From Bacteroides sp. (lineage in GTDB: Bacteria; Bacteroidota; Bacteroidia; Bacteroidales; P3), in NCBI GenBank assembly GCA_023662825.1, contig JAMPIH010000005.1, positions 72,007-136,006 on the forward strand: 64,000 nucleotides of DNA, read 5' to 3'. The notes below the pieces were generated by a model. The model was given only the letters and a program-made list of their open reading frames with translations. It was not told where the DNA came from and ran no database searches. The translations under genes and the position numbers were made by a program. This document shows positions 51,414-62,661 of the stretch, one piece after another. How positions within the stretch are numbered: the stretch's first letter is position 1; every line of letters starts with the position of its first letter.

Positions 51414-51692
51414 TTACTTTTTACCTTTATCCTTGTTGCCGGCGTGACCACGGAAGGTACGGGTAGGGGCGAACTCGCCCAGTTTGTGACCTACCATGTT
51501 TTCGGTAACGTAAACGGGAACGAACTTGTTTCCGTTGTGTACGGCGATGGTTTGACCAACGAAGTCGGGCGAGATCATGGATGCGCGCGACCAGGTTTTA
51601 ATCGTAACCTTCTTCTTGCTTTCGGCAGCGGCAAGCACTTTCTTTTCCAGCTTGTAGTGGATATATGGACCCTTTTTAATTGAACGGCTCAT
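51414..51692 (-). CDS. rpsS: 30S ribosomal protein S19
   Basis: Canonical. Confidence 0.95.
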   Translation of the reverse strand: MSRSIKKGPYIHYKLEKKVLAAAESKKKVTIKTWSRASMISPDFVGQTIAVHNGNKFVPVYVTENMVGHKLGEFAPTRTFRGHAGNKDKGKK

Positions 51693-51711
51693 GATTCTGC
51701 GTTTTTAAAAA

Positions 51712-52536
51712 TTACTTCTTCCTTCTTTCAATGATGTACTGATTCGAAGGATTCTTCAAGCGGCGAGTCTTGTATCCTTTTGCGGGCATACCCTTTCTGG
51801 AACGGGGATGACCACCGGAGGCACGACCTTCACCACCACCCATCGGGTGATCGACAGGGTTCATAACGACACCACGGTTGCGGGGTCTGCGACCCAACCA
51901 ACGGCTGCGGCCCGCCTTGCCCGAGGACTCCAGGTTGTGGTCAACGTTGGAGGTAACCCCGATGGTGGCCTTGCAGGCCTGGAGGATCTTGCGGGTTTCG
52001 CCGGAAGGCAACTTGATAATGGCGTATTTGTCGTCGCGGGAAAGCAATTGTGCGTAAGAACCGGCACTGCGTACGATCTTGGCTCCCTGACCGGGACGCA
52101 ACTCGATGTTGTGGATCAGCGTACCGAAAGGAATCTCGCTCAGGTAGAGGGCATTGCCGAGGTTGGGAGCGATGTCCTTGCCCGACATTACCTTCTGTCC
52201 GACCTGCAGGCCGTGGGGAGCGATGATATACCTCTTCTCGCCGTCGGCGTAGGCCAGCAGGGCGATACGCGCGGTACGGTTGGGATCGTACTCAATGGTC
52301 TTTACGATAGCGGGAATCTGATCCTTGTCGCGCTTGAAGTCGATGATACGGTATTGTCTCTTGTGTCCGCCACCGATGTAACGCATCGTGCGGTGGCCTT
52401 CGTTGTTGCGACCGCCCGTTTTACGGTAGGAAACGACCAGCGATTTTTCAGGCTTGGTAGCCGTGATTTCCTCGAAGGTGCTGGTGCTTCTAAAACGCTG
52501 ACCCGCCGAAGTGGGTTTCAATTTCTTTAAAGCCAT
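51712..52536 (-). CDS. rplB: 50S ribosomal protein L2
   Basis: Canonical. Confidence 0.95.
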   Translation of the reverse strand: MALKKLKPTSAGQRFRSTSTFEEITATKPEKSLVVSYRKTGGRNNEGHRTMRYIGGGHKRQYRIIDFKRDKDQIPAIVKTIEYDPNRTARIALLAYADGEKRYIIAPHGLQVGQKVMSGKDIAPNLGNALYLSEIPFGTLIHNIELRPGQGAKIVRSAGSYAQLLSRDDKYAIIKLPSGETRKILQACKATIGVTSNVDHNLESSGKAGRSRWLGRRPRNRGVVMNPVDHPMGGGEGRASGGHPRSRKGMPAKGYKTRRLKNPSNQYIIERRKK

Positions 52537-52541
52537 CTCTC

Positions 52542-52832
52542 TTAAATGTTACTGTAAAAATCGATCGTGTCGCCTTGAGCCAAGGTTACAATTGCTTTCT
52601 TGATGTCGCTGGTGCGGCCTTCGATAAATCCGGCACGCGTGTAACGCGATTTGGACTTGCCTTTCTGGTTGATCGTGTTCACGGCAACCACCTTTACGCC
52701 GTACGCATCTTCCACCGCCTTTTTAATCTCAATTTTGTTCGCTGCTTTGTCAACGATGAAACCGACGCGGTTGAATTTTTCCGCCACCTTGGTCATTTTT
52801 TCGGTGACGATAGGTTTAATTATCACGTTCAT
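52542..52832 (-). CDS. rplW: 50S ribosomal protein L23
   Basis: Canonical. Confidence 0.95.
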   Translation of the reverse strand: MNVIIKPIVTEKMTKVAEKFNRVGFIVDKAANKIEIKKAVEDAYGVKVVAVNTINQKGKSKSRYTRAGFIEGRTSDIKKAIVTLAQGDTIDFYSNI

Positions 52833-52854
52833 TGTTCTTTAATTAAGCAGTTCC

Positions 52855-53490
52855 CTATTCTTGCGTTGCGTAAATCTCGTCCAGTTTCTTGGCCGAGCTT
52901 TCCACAAACAGCAGATTTTTCGCATTGAGAATATCGTAAGTGTTTAAATCTGAAACATTTACAACCTTAATCTGCGGCAGATTTCGGGAGGACAAAAATA
53001 CGAATTTATTTGATTCCGCAAGCACGATAAGCGATTTTTTTTCAGACAAATTGAGATTTTTGAGAATCTCAACCATCCGCTTGGTCTTGGGGGCATCGAA
53101 CGAGAGGTCTTCCACCACCATGACGTTGCTTTCCTTGAACTTGTAGGACAAGGCCGAAAGACGGGCCAGGCGCTTGAGCTTTTTGTTCAATTTGAAGCTG
53201 TAATCGCGCGGACGCGGACCAAACACGCGGGCACCGCCGTGCAACAGGGGAGAGTTGATGTCCCCGCGACGGGCACCGCCACCGCCTTTCTGCTTGCCCA
53301 ATTTCTTGGTACTGCCCGTCATTTCGGAGCGTTCCTTACTCTTGTGCGTGCCTTGGCGCTGGTTGGCCAGATATTGCTTCACATCCAAGTAAATGGCGTG
53401 ATCGTTGGGTTCGGCATTTACGATGCTATCGGAAATCTGCACCTTCTTCCCGGTTTCCTTTCCGGCTGTGTTTAAAACTGTTAACTCCAT
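52855..53490 (-). CDS. rplD: 50S ribosomal protein L4
   Basis: Canonical. Confidence 0.95.
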   Translation of the reverse strand: MELTVLNTAGKETGKKVQISDSIVNAEPNDHAIYLDVKQYLANQRQGTHKSKERSEMTGSTKKLGKQKGGGGARRGDINSPLLHGGARVFGPRPRDYSFKLNKKLKRLARLSALSYKFKESNVMVVEDLSFDAPKTKRMVEILKNLNLSEKKSLIVLAESNKFVFLSSRNLPQIKVVNVSDLNTYDILNAKNLLFVESSAKKLDEIYATQE

Positions 53491-54110
53491 CTTTCTAATT
53501 TTAAAAATGAACCTTTAGGACCAGGTACGGAACCCTTGACCAAAATCAAATTCTTTTCAGGAATGATCTTAACCACTTCGAGGTTGATGCTTTTCCTGCG
53601 AACGTGACCGGTCTGACCGGCCATACGCAAGCCTTTAAACAAACGGGAAGGGTAAGAAGACGCGCCCACCGAACCGGGAGCCCTGAGGCGGTTATGTTGA
53701 CCGTGAGTGCTTTGTCCAACACCACCGAATCCGTGTCTGCCTACCACACCTTGAAAACCGTGTCCTTTGGTGAGGCCCGCAACGTCGATGAACTCGCCTT
53801 CGGTGAATACATCCACGTTGATGCTTTCGCCGAACTGCTTGCGGTGGCCTTCCTCAAAGCGGGTGAACTCCATGCTGATCTGCTTGGGAGTCGTGTTCGC
53901 CTTGGCGTAGTGCCCCTTCAAGGCTTTGGGCGTATGTTTTTCCTTGCGTTCGCCAAACGACAGCTGAATGGCGTCGTAGCCATCCTTTTCTTTTGTTTTT
54001 ACTTGCGTTACCACACAAGGACCAGCCTCTATGACTGTGCACGGCACGTTCTTGCCGGAGGCATCCCAGATGCTAGTCATTCCGATTTTTTTACCAATTA
54101 ATCCGGACAT
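53481..54110 (-). CDS. rplC: 50S ribosomal protein L3
   Basis: Canonical. Confidence 0.95.
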   Translation of the reverse strand: MSGLIGKKIGMTSIWDASGKNVPCTVIEAGPCVVTQVKTKEKDGYDAIQLSFGERKEKHTPKALKGHYAKANTTPKQISMEFTRFEEGHRKQFGESINVDVFTEGEFIDVAGLTKGHGFQGVVGRHGFGGVGQSTHGQHNRLRAPGSVGASSYPSRLFKGLRMAGQTGHVRRKSINLEVVKIIPEKNLILVKGSVPGPKGSFLKLERWS

Positions 54111-54197
54111 TACTTTGCTTGTTAATGGTTTTGTTTACTTTGTTTGTTGTCTGCCGGATGCTCGGATCCGGGCTTTTTCGGGTTTCAAGCCTGAACC

Positions 54198-54506
54198 TCA
54201 GACTTTGATTTCAACTTCCACGCCGCTGGGCAGTTCCAGCTTCATCAAGGCGTCGATGGTCTTGGAGCTGCTGCTGTGAATGTCTAACAAACGTTTGTAA
54301 GAAGACAATTCAAACTGTTCGCGCGACTTCTTGTTGACGAAAGTAGAGCGGTTCACGGTGAAGATTTTCTTGTTGGTAGGCAAGGGGATAGGTCCGCTTA
54401 CCATGGCACCGGTCATCTTCACGGTCTTTACGATCTTCTCGGCGGACTTGTCCACCAAGTTGTAGTCGTAAGACTTTAACTTGATTCTGATTTTTTGCTG
54501 ACTCAC
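54198..54506 (-). CDS. rpsJ: 30S ribosomal protein S10
   Basis: Canonical. Confidence 0.95.
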   Translation of the reverse strand: MSQQKIRIKLKSYDYNLVDKSAEKIVKTVKMTGAMVSGPIPLPTNKKIFTVNRSTFVNKKSREQFELSSYKRLLDIHSSSSKTIDALMKLELPSGVEVEIKV

Positions 54507-54523
54507 GGTATTAAACGTTTAAA

Positions 54524-56611
54524 TTATTTTGTAGCTTGTTTAATAACTTCGGCGGTGATGTTGGCGGGAGCCTCGGCGTGGTGCGAGTATTCCATCGTGG
54601 AGCTTGCACGGCCGGAGGTCAAGGTACGCAATGCCGTTACATAACCGAACATTTCTGCCAAAGGCACTTTGGCACGGATGGCCTGGCCGCCGGGCTTGCC
54701 TTCGATACCTTCCATCACGCCGCGGCGACGGTTCAAGTCGCTCGAAACATCCCCTACATTGGCGTCGGGCGTTTCGATTTCGACCGACATGATAGGTTCA
54801 AGCAGGATCGACTTGGCCTTGCGGCAGGCTTCGCGGAAGCCCATCTTGGCGCATACTTCGAACGAGAGCGCATCGGAGTCCACCGGGTGGAACGAACCGT
54901 CCAGAAGGCGAACCTTGAGGCTTTCGAGGGGATAGCCGGCCAACACACCGTTTTCCAAGGAGGCCTTGAAGCCCTTTTCCACCGAGGGGATGAATTCCTT
55001 GGGAATGTTACCGCCCTTCACTTCGTTGACGAACTGGAGGCCTTTCACGCCTTCGTCGGCAGGAGAGATCTCGAAGAGGATATCGGCGAACTTACCACGG
55101 CCGCCGGTCTGTTTCTTGTAAACTTCGCGGTGTTCAACCGTGGAGCAGATAGCTTCCTTGTAGGCAACCTGGGGACGGCCTTGGTTACATTCCACCTTGA
55201 ATTCGCGTTTGAGGCGGTCCAAGAGGATATCCAAGTGCAACTCGCCCATACCGCTGATGATGGTCTGACCCGAGTTTTCATCGCTCTTGACGCGGAAAGT
55301 GGGGTCTTCTTCGGCCAGCTTCACCAAGCCGTTCGACAATTTGTCCACGTCTTGCTGGGAAACGGGTTCGATCGCGATACTGATAACCGGTTCGGGGAAG
55401 GTCATGGTCTCGAGGTTGATCGGGTGCGCCTCATCGCAGAGGGTGTTGCCCGTCTTGATTTCCTTGAAGCCCACGGCCGCACCGATATCACCCACTTCGA
55501 TACGGTCGAGGGGTTGCTGCTTGTTGGCGTGCATCTGGAGGATACGCGAGATACGTTCCTTCTTGCCCGTGGAGGCGTTCAACACGTAGGAACCGGCATC
55601 CAACGCACCGGAATAAACGCGGAAGAACGCGATACGGCCCACGAAGGGGTCGGTGGCAATCTTGAACGCCAAGGCGCAGAAAGGTTCGTTGACATCTACC
55701 TTGCGCGTGGTTTCATCGCCCGTGTCGGGATTGGTGCCCACTACGGCCTCGATGTCGAGGGGGCTGGGCAGGTAGCGTACAATGGCATCCAAAAGGGGCT
55801 GTACGGCTTTATTCTTGATGGCCGAACCGCAAAAAACGGGGTTGATGTGCATGGCGATCGTACCCTTGCGGATGGCCGCGATAATTTCATCTTCGCTGAT
55901 GGAAGAAGGATCCTCGAAGAATTTTTCCATCAAGGCTTCATCTTCTTCGGCTGCGGCTTCCACCAACTTGTTGTGGTATTCTTCCACTTGATCCACCATG
56001 TCGGCGGGTACGGGGATTTCCTCGGATTCGGTTCCCTTTTCGTCCGTCCACTTGTAGGCCTTCTTCGTGATGAGGTCAACGATCCCCACAAAGGAGTCCT
56101 CTTGCCCGATAGGAAGCTGCATGGGAACAGGATGGGCGTGGAGACGTTCGCTTATCTGGCTTACGACATTATAGAAATCGGCACCCGTGCGGTCCATCTT
56201 GTTGATGAAGCAGATACGGGGAACCTTGTATTTATTGGCTTGGCGCCAAACGGTTTCGGATTGGGGCTGAACACCGCCTACCGCGCAAAGCACCATCACG
56301 GCACCGTCCAATACACGCAAGGAACGCTCTACCTCCACGGTAAAGTCAACGTGCCCCGGGGTGTCGATGAGGTTCATCTTGTAGGTATCCTTCGCGTATT
56401 TCCAAAATACGGTGGTGGCTGCGGAGGTAATGGTGATACCACGTTCCTGTTCCTGCGCCATCCAGTCCATGGTGGCGGTACCCTCGTGGGTTTCACCGAT
56501 TTTGTGTGTCTTGCCCGTATAGAAAAGGATACGCTCCGAGCAGGTGGTCTTGCCTGCATCGATGTGCGCCATAATCCCGAGGTTCCGGGTCTTGGATAAA
56601 TCGTATGCCAT
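54524..56611 (-). CDS. fusA: Elongation factor G
   Basis: Canonical (AHIDAGKTT...). Confidence 0.95.
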   Translation of the reverse strand: MAYDLSKTRNLGIMAHIDAGKTTCSERILFYTGKTHKIGETHEGTATMDWMAQEQERGITITSAATTVFWKYAKDTYKMNLIDTPGHVDFTVEVERSLRVLDGAVMVLCAVGGVQPQSETVWRQANKYKVPRICFINKMDRTGADFYNVVSQISERLHAHPVPMQLPIGQEDSFVGIVDLITKKAYKWTDEKGTESEEIPVPADMVDQVEEYHNKLVEAAAEEDEALMEKFFEDPSSISEDEIIAAIRKGTIAMHINPVFCGSAIKNKAVQPLLDAIVRYLPSPLDIEAVVGTNPDTGDETTRKVDVNEPFCALAFKIATDPFVGRIAFFRVYSGALDAGSYVLNASTGKKERISRILQMHANKQQPLDRIEVGDIGAAVGFKEIKTGNTLCDEAHPINLETMTFPEPVISIAIEPVSQQDVDKLSNGLVKLAEEDPTFRVKSDENSGQTIISGMGELHLDILLDRLKREFKVECNQGRPQVAYKEAICSTVEHREVYKKQTGGRGKFADILFEISPADEGVKGLQFVNEVKGGNIPKEFIPSVEKGFKASLENGVLAGYPLESLKVRLLDGSFHPVDSDALSFEVCAKMGFREACRKAKSILLEPIMSVEIETPDANVGDVSSDLNRRRGVMEGIEGKPGGQAIRAKVPLAEMFGYVTALRTLTSGRASSTMEYSHHAEAPANITAEVIKQATK

Positions 56612-56619
56612 TGTCTTGC

Positions 56620-57087
56620 TTAAAATTTAAAGTGGGAGAAAGCCTTGTTGGCTTCAGCCATGCGGTGAATGTCTTCCTTGCGTTTGAAAGCGGCGCCTTC
56701 TTCCTTGTAGGCGGCCATGATTTCGGCAGCCAGTTTGCTGGCCATCGACTTTTCGTTGCGCTTGCGGGCATACGAAATAAGCGACTTCATCCCCAGGGAC
56801 TGTTTTCTTTCGGGACGGATCTCGGAGGGAATCTGGAAAGTGGCACCACCCACACGGCGGCTGCGCACTTCCACCGAAGGCGTTACGTTGGCCAAGGCTT
56901 TCTTCCAGATTTCCAGGCCGTTTTCCTTCGTCTTTGCCGAAACTTCGTCAATGGCATTGTAGAAAATTTCGTGTGCAATGCTCTTTTTGCCCTGCAACAT
57001 AATGTTGTTGATGAATTTGGTCACCAACACTTCATTATATTTGGGATCGGGTAAAATCTCTCTCTTTTTGGGAGTTGTCTTTCTCAT
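56620..57087 (-). CDS. rpsG: 30S ribosomal protein S7
   Basis: Canonical. Confidence 0.95.
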   Translation of the reverse strand: MRKTTPKKREILPDPKYNEVLVTKFINNIMLQGKKSIAHEIFYNAIDEVSAKTKENGLEIWKKALANVTPSVEVRSRRVGGATFQIPSEIRPERKQSLGMKSLISYARKRNEKSMASKLAAEIMAAYKEEGAAFKRKEDIHRMAEANKAFSHFKF

Positions 57088-57117
57088 GATATGCTGTTAT
57101 TACCTCTGTGGTGCAAC

Positions 57118-57495
57118 TTATTTTTTCTTGGGACGCTTGGTACCGTATTTGGAACGGCGCTGGTTACGGCCTTCCACACCGGATGTATCCAACGCACCGC
57201 GGATGATATGGTATCTTACACCGGGAAGGTCCTTCACACGGCCGCCGCGGATCATCACGATGGAGTGTTCCTGAAGGTTGTGGCCTTCGCCGGGGATGTA
57301 AGCGTTCACTTCTTTTTGATTGGTCAAGCGCACACGGGCCACCTTACGCATAGCCGAATTAGGCTTCTTGGGGGTGGTGGTGTACACACGCACGCAAACG
57401 CCTCTGCGCTGCGGGCAGGAGTCCAATGCCGGGGACTTGCTCTTGTCTGTCAATTTCTGCCGTCCCTTACGAACTAACTGTTGGATTGTTGGCAT
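57118..57495 (-). CDS. rpsL: 30S ribosomal protein S12
   Basis: Canonical. Confidence 0.95.
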   Translation of the reverse strand: MPTIQQLVRKGRQKLTDKSKSPALDSCPQRRGVCVRVYTTTPKKPNSAMRKVARVRLTNQKEVNAYIPGEGHNLQEHSIVMIRGGRVKDLPGVRYHIIRGALDTSGVEGRNQRRSKYGTKRPKKK

Positions 57496-57549
57496 ATCGT
57501 TGGTTTTGTATTAGTTATGCAATCTAAATGCGTAGTCCAAAATGGAGGG

Positions 57550-57557
57550 CAAAGATA
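57550..57557 (-). promoter_or_regulatory. Bacteroidetes -7 element (TAtcTTTG on the minus strand) upstream of rpsL, a candidate promoter of the ribosomal superoperon
   Basis: The + strand reads caaagata ~55 nt upstream of the rpsL ATG. Confidence 0.3.
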
Positions 57558-57759
57558 TATGCTTTTTTGATAAAAAACAACCAAATGCGGAAAATTTTAA
57601 CGCAACGCGTTCCCGGAAGCGGGGCCGTTTCCGGAATCCGGGTGCGCGGAGGCTTTGGGAAATTAACAGGGCGATGTTTATTTCTCGCCCGGGAAACCGC
57701 CTTGGACTGGCTTAAAAGGGCGTATCTTCGCAAGCGTTTAATTGCATAACAATACAGCT

Positions 57760-58464
57760 ATGTTTTTACAGATTGTTCAGAACGGATTGGAGGCGGGCGC
57801 TTCGATGGAACAGGCGGTGAACGCCGCGGTGCAGACACAGGAAAAGATTCCGGTGATGGAACTGGCCATGAAGGGCGGCTGGATCATGGTACCCATCGTG
57901 CTGCTGCTTCTGGTGAGCGTTTATGTATTCGTGGAACGCCTGGTTGTGATACAGCGTTCGATGCACAACGAGTCGGGCCTGCTGGATTCGGTGCGCGACT
58001 ATGTGCTTGGCGACCGGCTGGACTCGGCCAAGACCCTGTGTCAGAATACGGGAACGCCCACCTCGCGCATTATAGAGAAAGGTGTGGACCGCATCGGCAA
58101 GCCGATCGAGAACATCAAGGCGGCCATGGAAGATGCCGGCAACCTGGAGGTGGCGCGTCTGGAGAAACGCATCGGCTGGCTTTCGACCACGGCGGGGGCG
58201 GCCCCCATGATCGGGTTCCTGGGAACCGTGACGGGGATGGTGCGCGTGTTCTTCGACATGGCCTCCAAGGGCAGCAACATCGAGGTGGGCACGCTGGCCA
58301 ACGGTATGTACCAGGCCATGGTGACCACGGTGGCGGGGCTTATCGTGGGCATCATCGCCTACGTGTGCTATAATATAGTGGTGTCGCGCATAGGACGGGT
58401 AACGCACGAGTTCGAGTCGCGTTCGGCCCAGTTTATGGATTTGTTGAACGAACCGGTAAAATAG
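57760..58464 (+). CDS. exbB: MotA/TolQ/ExbB proton-channel family protein
   Basis: Three TM segments; ExbB-like motifs; ATG at 57760 (the track ORF begins at TTG 57742). Confidence 0.85.
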   Translation: MFLQIVQNGLEAGASMEQAVNAAVQTQEKIPVMELAMKGGWIMVPIVLLLLVSVYVFVERLVVIQRSMHNESGLLDSVRDYVLGDRLDSAKTLCQNTGTPTSRIIEKGVDRIGKPIENIKAAMEDAGNLEVARLEKRIGWLSTTAGAAPMIGFLGTVTGMVRVFFDMASKGSNIEVGTLANGMYQAMVTTVAGLIVGIIAYVCYNIVVSRIGRVTHEFESRSAQFMDLLNEPVK

Positions 58465-58487
58465 CCGCCGGGCGAAAACCAACCCCC

Positions 58488-58901
58488 ATGGCATTGAAAT
58501 CTCGCTACAAACAGGACCTGAACTTCAGCTCGGCCTCGATGTCCGACCTGGTGTTCCTGTTGCTTATCTTCTTTATACTGCTTTCCACGATGGTGAGTCC
58601 CAACGCCATCAAGCTGTTGCTGCCCAACAGCGGCAGCCGCACGATGGCCAGGCAGAACTACACCATCTACATCAACGACCGCTACGAGTATTTCGTGGAA
58701 CAGACCTACGTGGAGTCGCCCGACCTGGAGCAGGCCATCTACGGCATGGCCGAGACCAATCCGGAGGCCACCATCGTGCTGCGGGTGGACCGCACGGTGC
58801 CGGTGCAGTACCTGGTGCGGGTCATGGACGCGGTGAACACGGTGAACGAACAGACGGGATACAAGTTGAAAACCATTTTGGCGACCGCTCCGCATGAATG
58901 A
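58488..58901 (+). CDS. exbD: Biopolymer transport protein ExbD/TolR
   Basis: N-terminal ...DLVFLLLIFFIL TM helix; canonical ExbD. Confidence 0.9.
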   Translation: MALKSRYKQDLNFSSASMSDLVFLLLIFFILLSTMVSPNAIKLLLPNSGSRTMARQNYTIYINDRYEYFVEQTYVESPDLEQAIYGMAETNPEATIVLRVDRTVPVQYLVRVMDAVNTVNEQTGYKLKTILATAPHE

Positions 58902-59712
58902 TTTCGATCAAGAAAACGACCGCAGGGCAAGGCGTTGGGCATTGCTGGCAACCTTTCTGTTTGCCGTGGTGTCGGTATGCGCCCTGCTTTGGTTAGGCCT
59001 GTACAGGACCTATCCGCCTCCGCCCGAATACGGTATCGAGGTGAACTTCGGCTATTCGGAGGTGGGCAGCGGCCAGATGCAGGCGTTTGAGCCCGATGCC
59101 TCGCCGGTGGAGGTGCCCGATGTGCCGGAGCAGGTGCAGGAGGAAGAGGAGGTGGTTACCGCTGTTTCGGAGGAAGCCCCGGCCCTGCCCAAGCCTGAAA
59201 AGGTGAAACCCAGGCAGGAGCCCAAAAAGGATCAGCCCAAGCCGGCGGTTCAGGAACAGCCTGAGAAAAAGGTGGAACAGCCCAAGGAACCCGAAATAAA
59301 CCCGATGGCGCTCTATCCGGGCAAGCGCAAGGGCAGCGAGACCTCCGCCCAGGGCGAGACCGGGGATCCGGGCGACCAGGGCAGGCCGAACGGCGACGTG
59401 AACGCCAAGGAATATACGGGCTCGGGAGGATCGGGCGGCATTTCGTTCTCGCTGAACGGGCGCACGCTCATGAGCCTGGTGAAGCCCAATTACGATTCGG
59501 AGGAAGAAGGCGTGGTGGTGGTGCGCATCGTGGTGGACAGGAACGGTGCCGTTACCGAAGCCACGGCGGGGTTGAAAGGCACGACCACAATGGACGGCAA
59601 CCTTTGGAAGACGGCCGAACGGGCGGCCCTGCAGTCGAAGTTCGTACCCAAGGAGAACGCGCCCGACAAGCAGGTGGGCACGATTACCTACCGTTTTGTG
59701 CGGGGTGCATAG
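58894..59712 (+). CDS. tonB: Energy transducer TonB (N-terminal TM anchor, Pro/Glu/Lys-rich spacer, C-terminal TonB domain)
   Basis: ATGAATGA overlap with the exbD stop; PEPE/KP-rich linker; the TonB C-terminal domain assignment is an inference from the architecture. Confidence 0.75.
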   Translation: MNDFDQENDRRARRWALLATFLFAVVSVCALLWLGLYRTYPPPPEYGIEVNFGYSEVGSGQMQAFEPDASPVEVPDVPEQVQEEEEVVTAVSEEAPALPKPEKVKPRQEPKKDQPKPAVQEQPEKKVEQPKEPEINPMALYPGKRKGSETSAQGETGDPGDQGRPNGDVNAKEYTGSGGSGGISFSLNGRTLMSLVKPNYDSEEEGVVVVRIVVDRNGAVTEATAGLKGTTTMDGNLWKTAERAALQSKFVPKENAPDKQVGTITYRFVRGA

Positions 59713-59724
59713 GAGTGTGGTTCG

Positions 59725-60873
59725 ATGGCGGATTGCAAGCGCATATACCGGCTGTTGTTCTGGATAGGTTTCCCGATAGCGGACCTGGCTGTCTTGTTCC
59801 TGCTGTTCCGCTTCGCGGACGTTCCGTTCTGGCCTCCCTTCTGGCGCACCTACCTGATAGGGAATCTGGCGGTGTTCTTTCTGCTGTATCTGTTCTACGC
59901 CTTTTTGCGGCTGGTTGGCGGGAAGCGTTTGCGCAAGTACGCGGCCGCCGCCACGGGTGTTTTATTTTTGATTTGTGTTTACGCTATGGTTATCTCCACG
60001 TTCAACATACGGATCGACAGGATCAGGCTCTCGCAGGTGAATCCTGAGCGGAAGGCTCCCCAGGGCTTGCGTCATTACCGTATCCTGCAGGTTTCGGACA
60101 TGCATATAGGCAGCTTCACCTCGCCCAAGCAGGTAAGGCGCCTGGTGCAGCAGGCCCTGCACACCAAACCGGATTTGGTGGTTTTTACGGGCGATATGGT
60201 GAACTTCAGCACCTCGGAGATGACGCCGCATCTGGCCGAATTGTCGCACCTGCGCGCGCCCGACGGGGTGTATTGCGTGCTGGGGAACCACGACTACGGG
60301 GGCTATGTGCGTTGGCCGGACACTGCCTCGCGCCACGCCAACCTGCAGAAGATGCTGCAATACTACAGGAACATAGGCTGGGTGTGCCTGAACAACGCCT
60401 CGGTAAAGATCGAGCGCGGAGGCGACACCCTGCACCTGGTGGGGGTGGAGAACTGGGGCAGGGAGAAGCGTTTCCCCAAGAAGGGGGACTTGAAGGCGGC
60501 GCTTTCGCCGGAGGCGGTGCTGGAGGTTAAACGGAGTGCCTCGCAGGATCCGCTGGCCGACACGGTGCGCGACAGGCGCGATCCGCAGGTCTATACGGTG
60601 CTGCTCTCGCACGACCCCTCGCATTTCGATTCGGCGGTGTATCTGCGCTGTCCGCAGATCGACCTTACGCTGGCCGGGCACACGCACGGCATGCAGTTCG
60701 GCCTGCGCATCAACGGAAAGGACTACAGCCCGGCGCGTTTTATGTATGAACACTATTCGGGGCTCTACGTCATGGCCAACGGCCAGGCGCTCTACGTAAA
60801 CACCGGCTGCGGATTCAACGGGATTCCGTTCCGGCTCGGCATGCGGCCTTGCTTTACTCTTTTTGAGCTGTAG
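59725..60873 (+). CDS. Membrane-anchored metallophosphoesterase (calcineurin-like)
   Basis: Five N-terminal TM helices; DMHIG...GDMVN...GNHDY...SHDP...GHTHG phosphoesterase motifs. Confidence 0.8.
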   Translation: MADCKRIYRLLFWIGFPIADLAVLFLLFRFADVPFWPPFWRTYLIGNLAVFFLLYLFYAFLRLVGGKRLRKYAAAATGVLFLICVYAMVISTFNIRIDRIRLSQVNPERKAPQGLRHYRILQVSDMHIGSFTSPKQVRRLVQQALHTKPDLVVFTGDMVNFSTSEMTPHLAELSHLRAPDGVYCVLGNHDYGGYVRWPDTASRHANLQKMLQYYRNIGWVCLNNASVKIERGGDTLHLVGVENWGREKRFPKKGDLKAALSPEAVLEVKRSASQDPLADTVRDRRDPQVYTVLLSHDPSHFDSAVYLRCPQIDLTLAGHTHGMQFGLRINGKDYSPARFMYEHYSGLYVMANGQALYVNTGCGFNGIPFRLGMRPCFTLFEL

Positions 60874-60900
60874 GAGGCGGAATGGAGACGGTATAAAAAG

Positions 60901-60938
60901 AACGAGGTCGTGCAGCAAAATGCACGACCTCGTTTTCC
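60901..60938. terminator. Bidirectional Rho-independent terminator (aacgaggtcgtgca-gcaaaa-tgcacgacctcgtt)
   Basis: 14-bp perfect stem flanked by A-run and T-run; sits between the convergent metallophosphoesterase and DUF2971 genes. Confidence 0.65.
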
Positions 60939-60940
60939 CT

Positions 60941-61789
60941 TTAAAGTGTTGGCATCAAGCATAAAATCGATACCGGCATTGTGAGGGCAAAGATACAGTT
61001 TTTTCTCCATTCGTTAGCATCTTTGTCTCGGAGGTTGGCTTTGCCACAGAACATTCCATATTCCAATATGGGAATCTTGGGAACTATTTTTTCTAATAAC
61101 CTCGAGTTTTCTGAGTTGAATACACTGTCTTCGTGGGTTACGTCGGGAGCGAAATTCAGAATTATGGCTATCAGGCTATCCGCTAAATCGAGATATGTAG
61201 GTTCTTCTTCCGAGCAGACAAGAACCCTCCATTCCTGTTCGTAAGCCCAATCTTGAGTTTTTGTGAAAAAATATTCTTTTTCGTATTTCTGTAGAGACTC
61301 TTTGATGTTTTCATCTGTAAAAATGTTCTCGTTAAAATCTGGAGTATATTGAACAGACCGCCTTGCCATTTCGGGTTTTAATTGCTGTAGCAACTTGGCT
61401 TTGTCAAAAACAAGGCAAACGCCGCACCCTCTATCGGCATAGTGTCCCCACATGGCAGGAATATCGTATCCGGCTTTTTGGGGGGTGTCTTGGGTAAAAC
61501 TGAGTTGTTTGTATTTTGACAGTTCTTTTTCAAACTTATCCTCGATGTTTGTTTCGGATAGCCTCTCAGGATAACATTTCCTACGATATACTTCATTGAT
61601 ATCGTTCATTTTCTTTAGGGCTCCGAACCGTAATTTATTGGAAGATAAAATCAAACAGGCGGCCTGAACGGAAGTGTAATGGTATAGTTTTTCCACTCGC
61701 TTAAAGGCTTCGCGTGTTTCACGAGTATTGTCATCTTCTGAAGGGTGAGGATGGCAATGTTTCAATTTTGGAGTATCAGGGTTGCACAT
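60941..61789 (-). CDS. DUF2971 family protein
   Basis: AT-rich; family-typical motifs (LYHYTS, MWGHYADRGCGVCLVF, EWR); the family assignment is from recollection. Confidence 0.55.
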   Translation of the reverse strand: MCNPDTPKLKHCHPHPSEDDNTRETREAFKRVEKLYHYTSVQAACLILSSNKLRFGALKKMNDINEVYRRKCYPERLSETNIEDKFEKELSKYKQLSFTQDTPQKAGYDIPAMWGHYADRGCGVCLVFDKAKLLQQLKPEMARRSVQYTPDFNENIFTDENIKESLQKYEKEYFFTKTQDWAYEQEWRVLVCSEEEPTYLDLADSLIAIILNFAPDVTHEDSVFNSENSRLLEKIVPKIPILEYGMFCGKANLRDKDANEWRKNCIFALTMPVSILCLMPTL

Positions 61790-61954
61790 CTCTTTAATGT
61801 TTTAAAAATTAAATCCTATTTTTTGTTTTCAATCACACCGTACAGCAGTACCGTGTAGGTACCCTCTGTGTTGTATCCATGAGAGCAATACACTTGGTAC
61901 TTCGCCCCTTCTCCCGTATGGGTCTCCGTTTTTCCGTAGCCCCAATATAGTGGC

Positions 61955-62176
61955 TTAGGCCACTACGCCTGTTTCGATTTCGTTTTGGAGGTAGGAGAAG
62001 ACGTAAACGGGGCTTTCGTAATAGAGGCCGGTTTCGGGATTGCAGATGCGTTGAAAGGTTTCCGAACTATAGTATTCGTCTAAAGCCCGTTGCGCATCCC
62101 ATCGGTAGGTTTCCATCAGCATGGCAATCAAATCGGCCGAAAGGCATTCTATCTGGAATTGAATCTCGGGTGTCAC
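61955..62176 (-). CDS. DUF3791 domain protein (copy a)
   Basis: 73 codons; GTG start overlapping (GTGA) the DUF3990 stop; ~35% identical to copy b. Confidence 0.5.
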   Translation of the reverse strand: MTPEIQFQIECLSADLIAMLMETYRWDAQRALDEYYSSETFQRICNPETGLYYESPVYVFSYLQNEIETGVVA

Positions 62177-62661
62177 AGTGAAATCTTTTTAAGCAGGGCG
62201 ATGGCCTTTTCTGAGCCGAAGAAATATTGTACGGCACGGTCTGCGTTAAAGCGAAGTTCTTTAATCAAGTCTTCTATGCTGAGAATCCCCATCAAAAAAC
62301 GCCGTATCTGCACGCCCACCGTATCGTTGGCGATAGGCCCCACCACTATATCATAGGGGTGGGGCGATTCTCCGGTTTTATTCTTTCTGTTTTCCAATAC
62401 AAATTGAGCCCACTCAACACTGTAATCTTCGAAGATTTTGACGTTTAAGCCATTCGGCGCGTGCAAACAAGTTTCGTCAAATTCAAAAGCCGAAACGGTA
62501 GCCGTACCCGTAGCCATACGCGAAGTGGTGCGTTCCGCCATCTTTTGGGCTTGCAACAAGTTGTCGTTCAGGTAAAAGCCAATACCAAAATCTTTTCCTT
62601 TTTTAGAAAAAGAAAGGTCGATGCTTTTAATATCGAGGTTTGACCCGTGGTATAGAATCAT
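62173..62661 (-). CDS. DUF3990 domain protein (N-terminal MILYHGS with an H-G-S motif)
   Basis: 162 aa; family-typical N-terminus; TAATG overlap with the upstream DUF3791 gene. Confidence 0.55.
   Translation of the reverse strand: MILYHGSNLDIKSIDLSFSKKGKDFGIGFYLNDNLLQAQKMAERTTSRMATGTATVSAFEFDETCLHAPNGLNVKIFEDYSVEWAQFVLENRKNKTGESPHPYDIVVGPIANDTVGVQIRRFLMGILSIEDLIKELRFNADRAVQYFFGSEKAIALLKKISL

Noticed and set aside
61800-61950. Small ORF MDTTQRVPTRYCCTV and gtacc/ggtac hairpin upstream of the DUF2971 gene
   Set aside because: Too short and without support; probably just promoter-region sequence.
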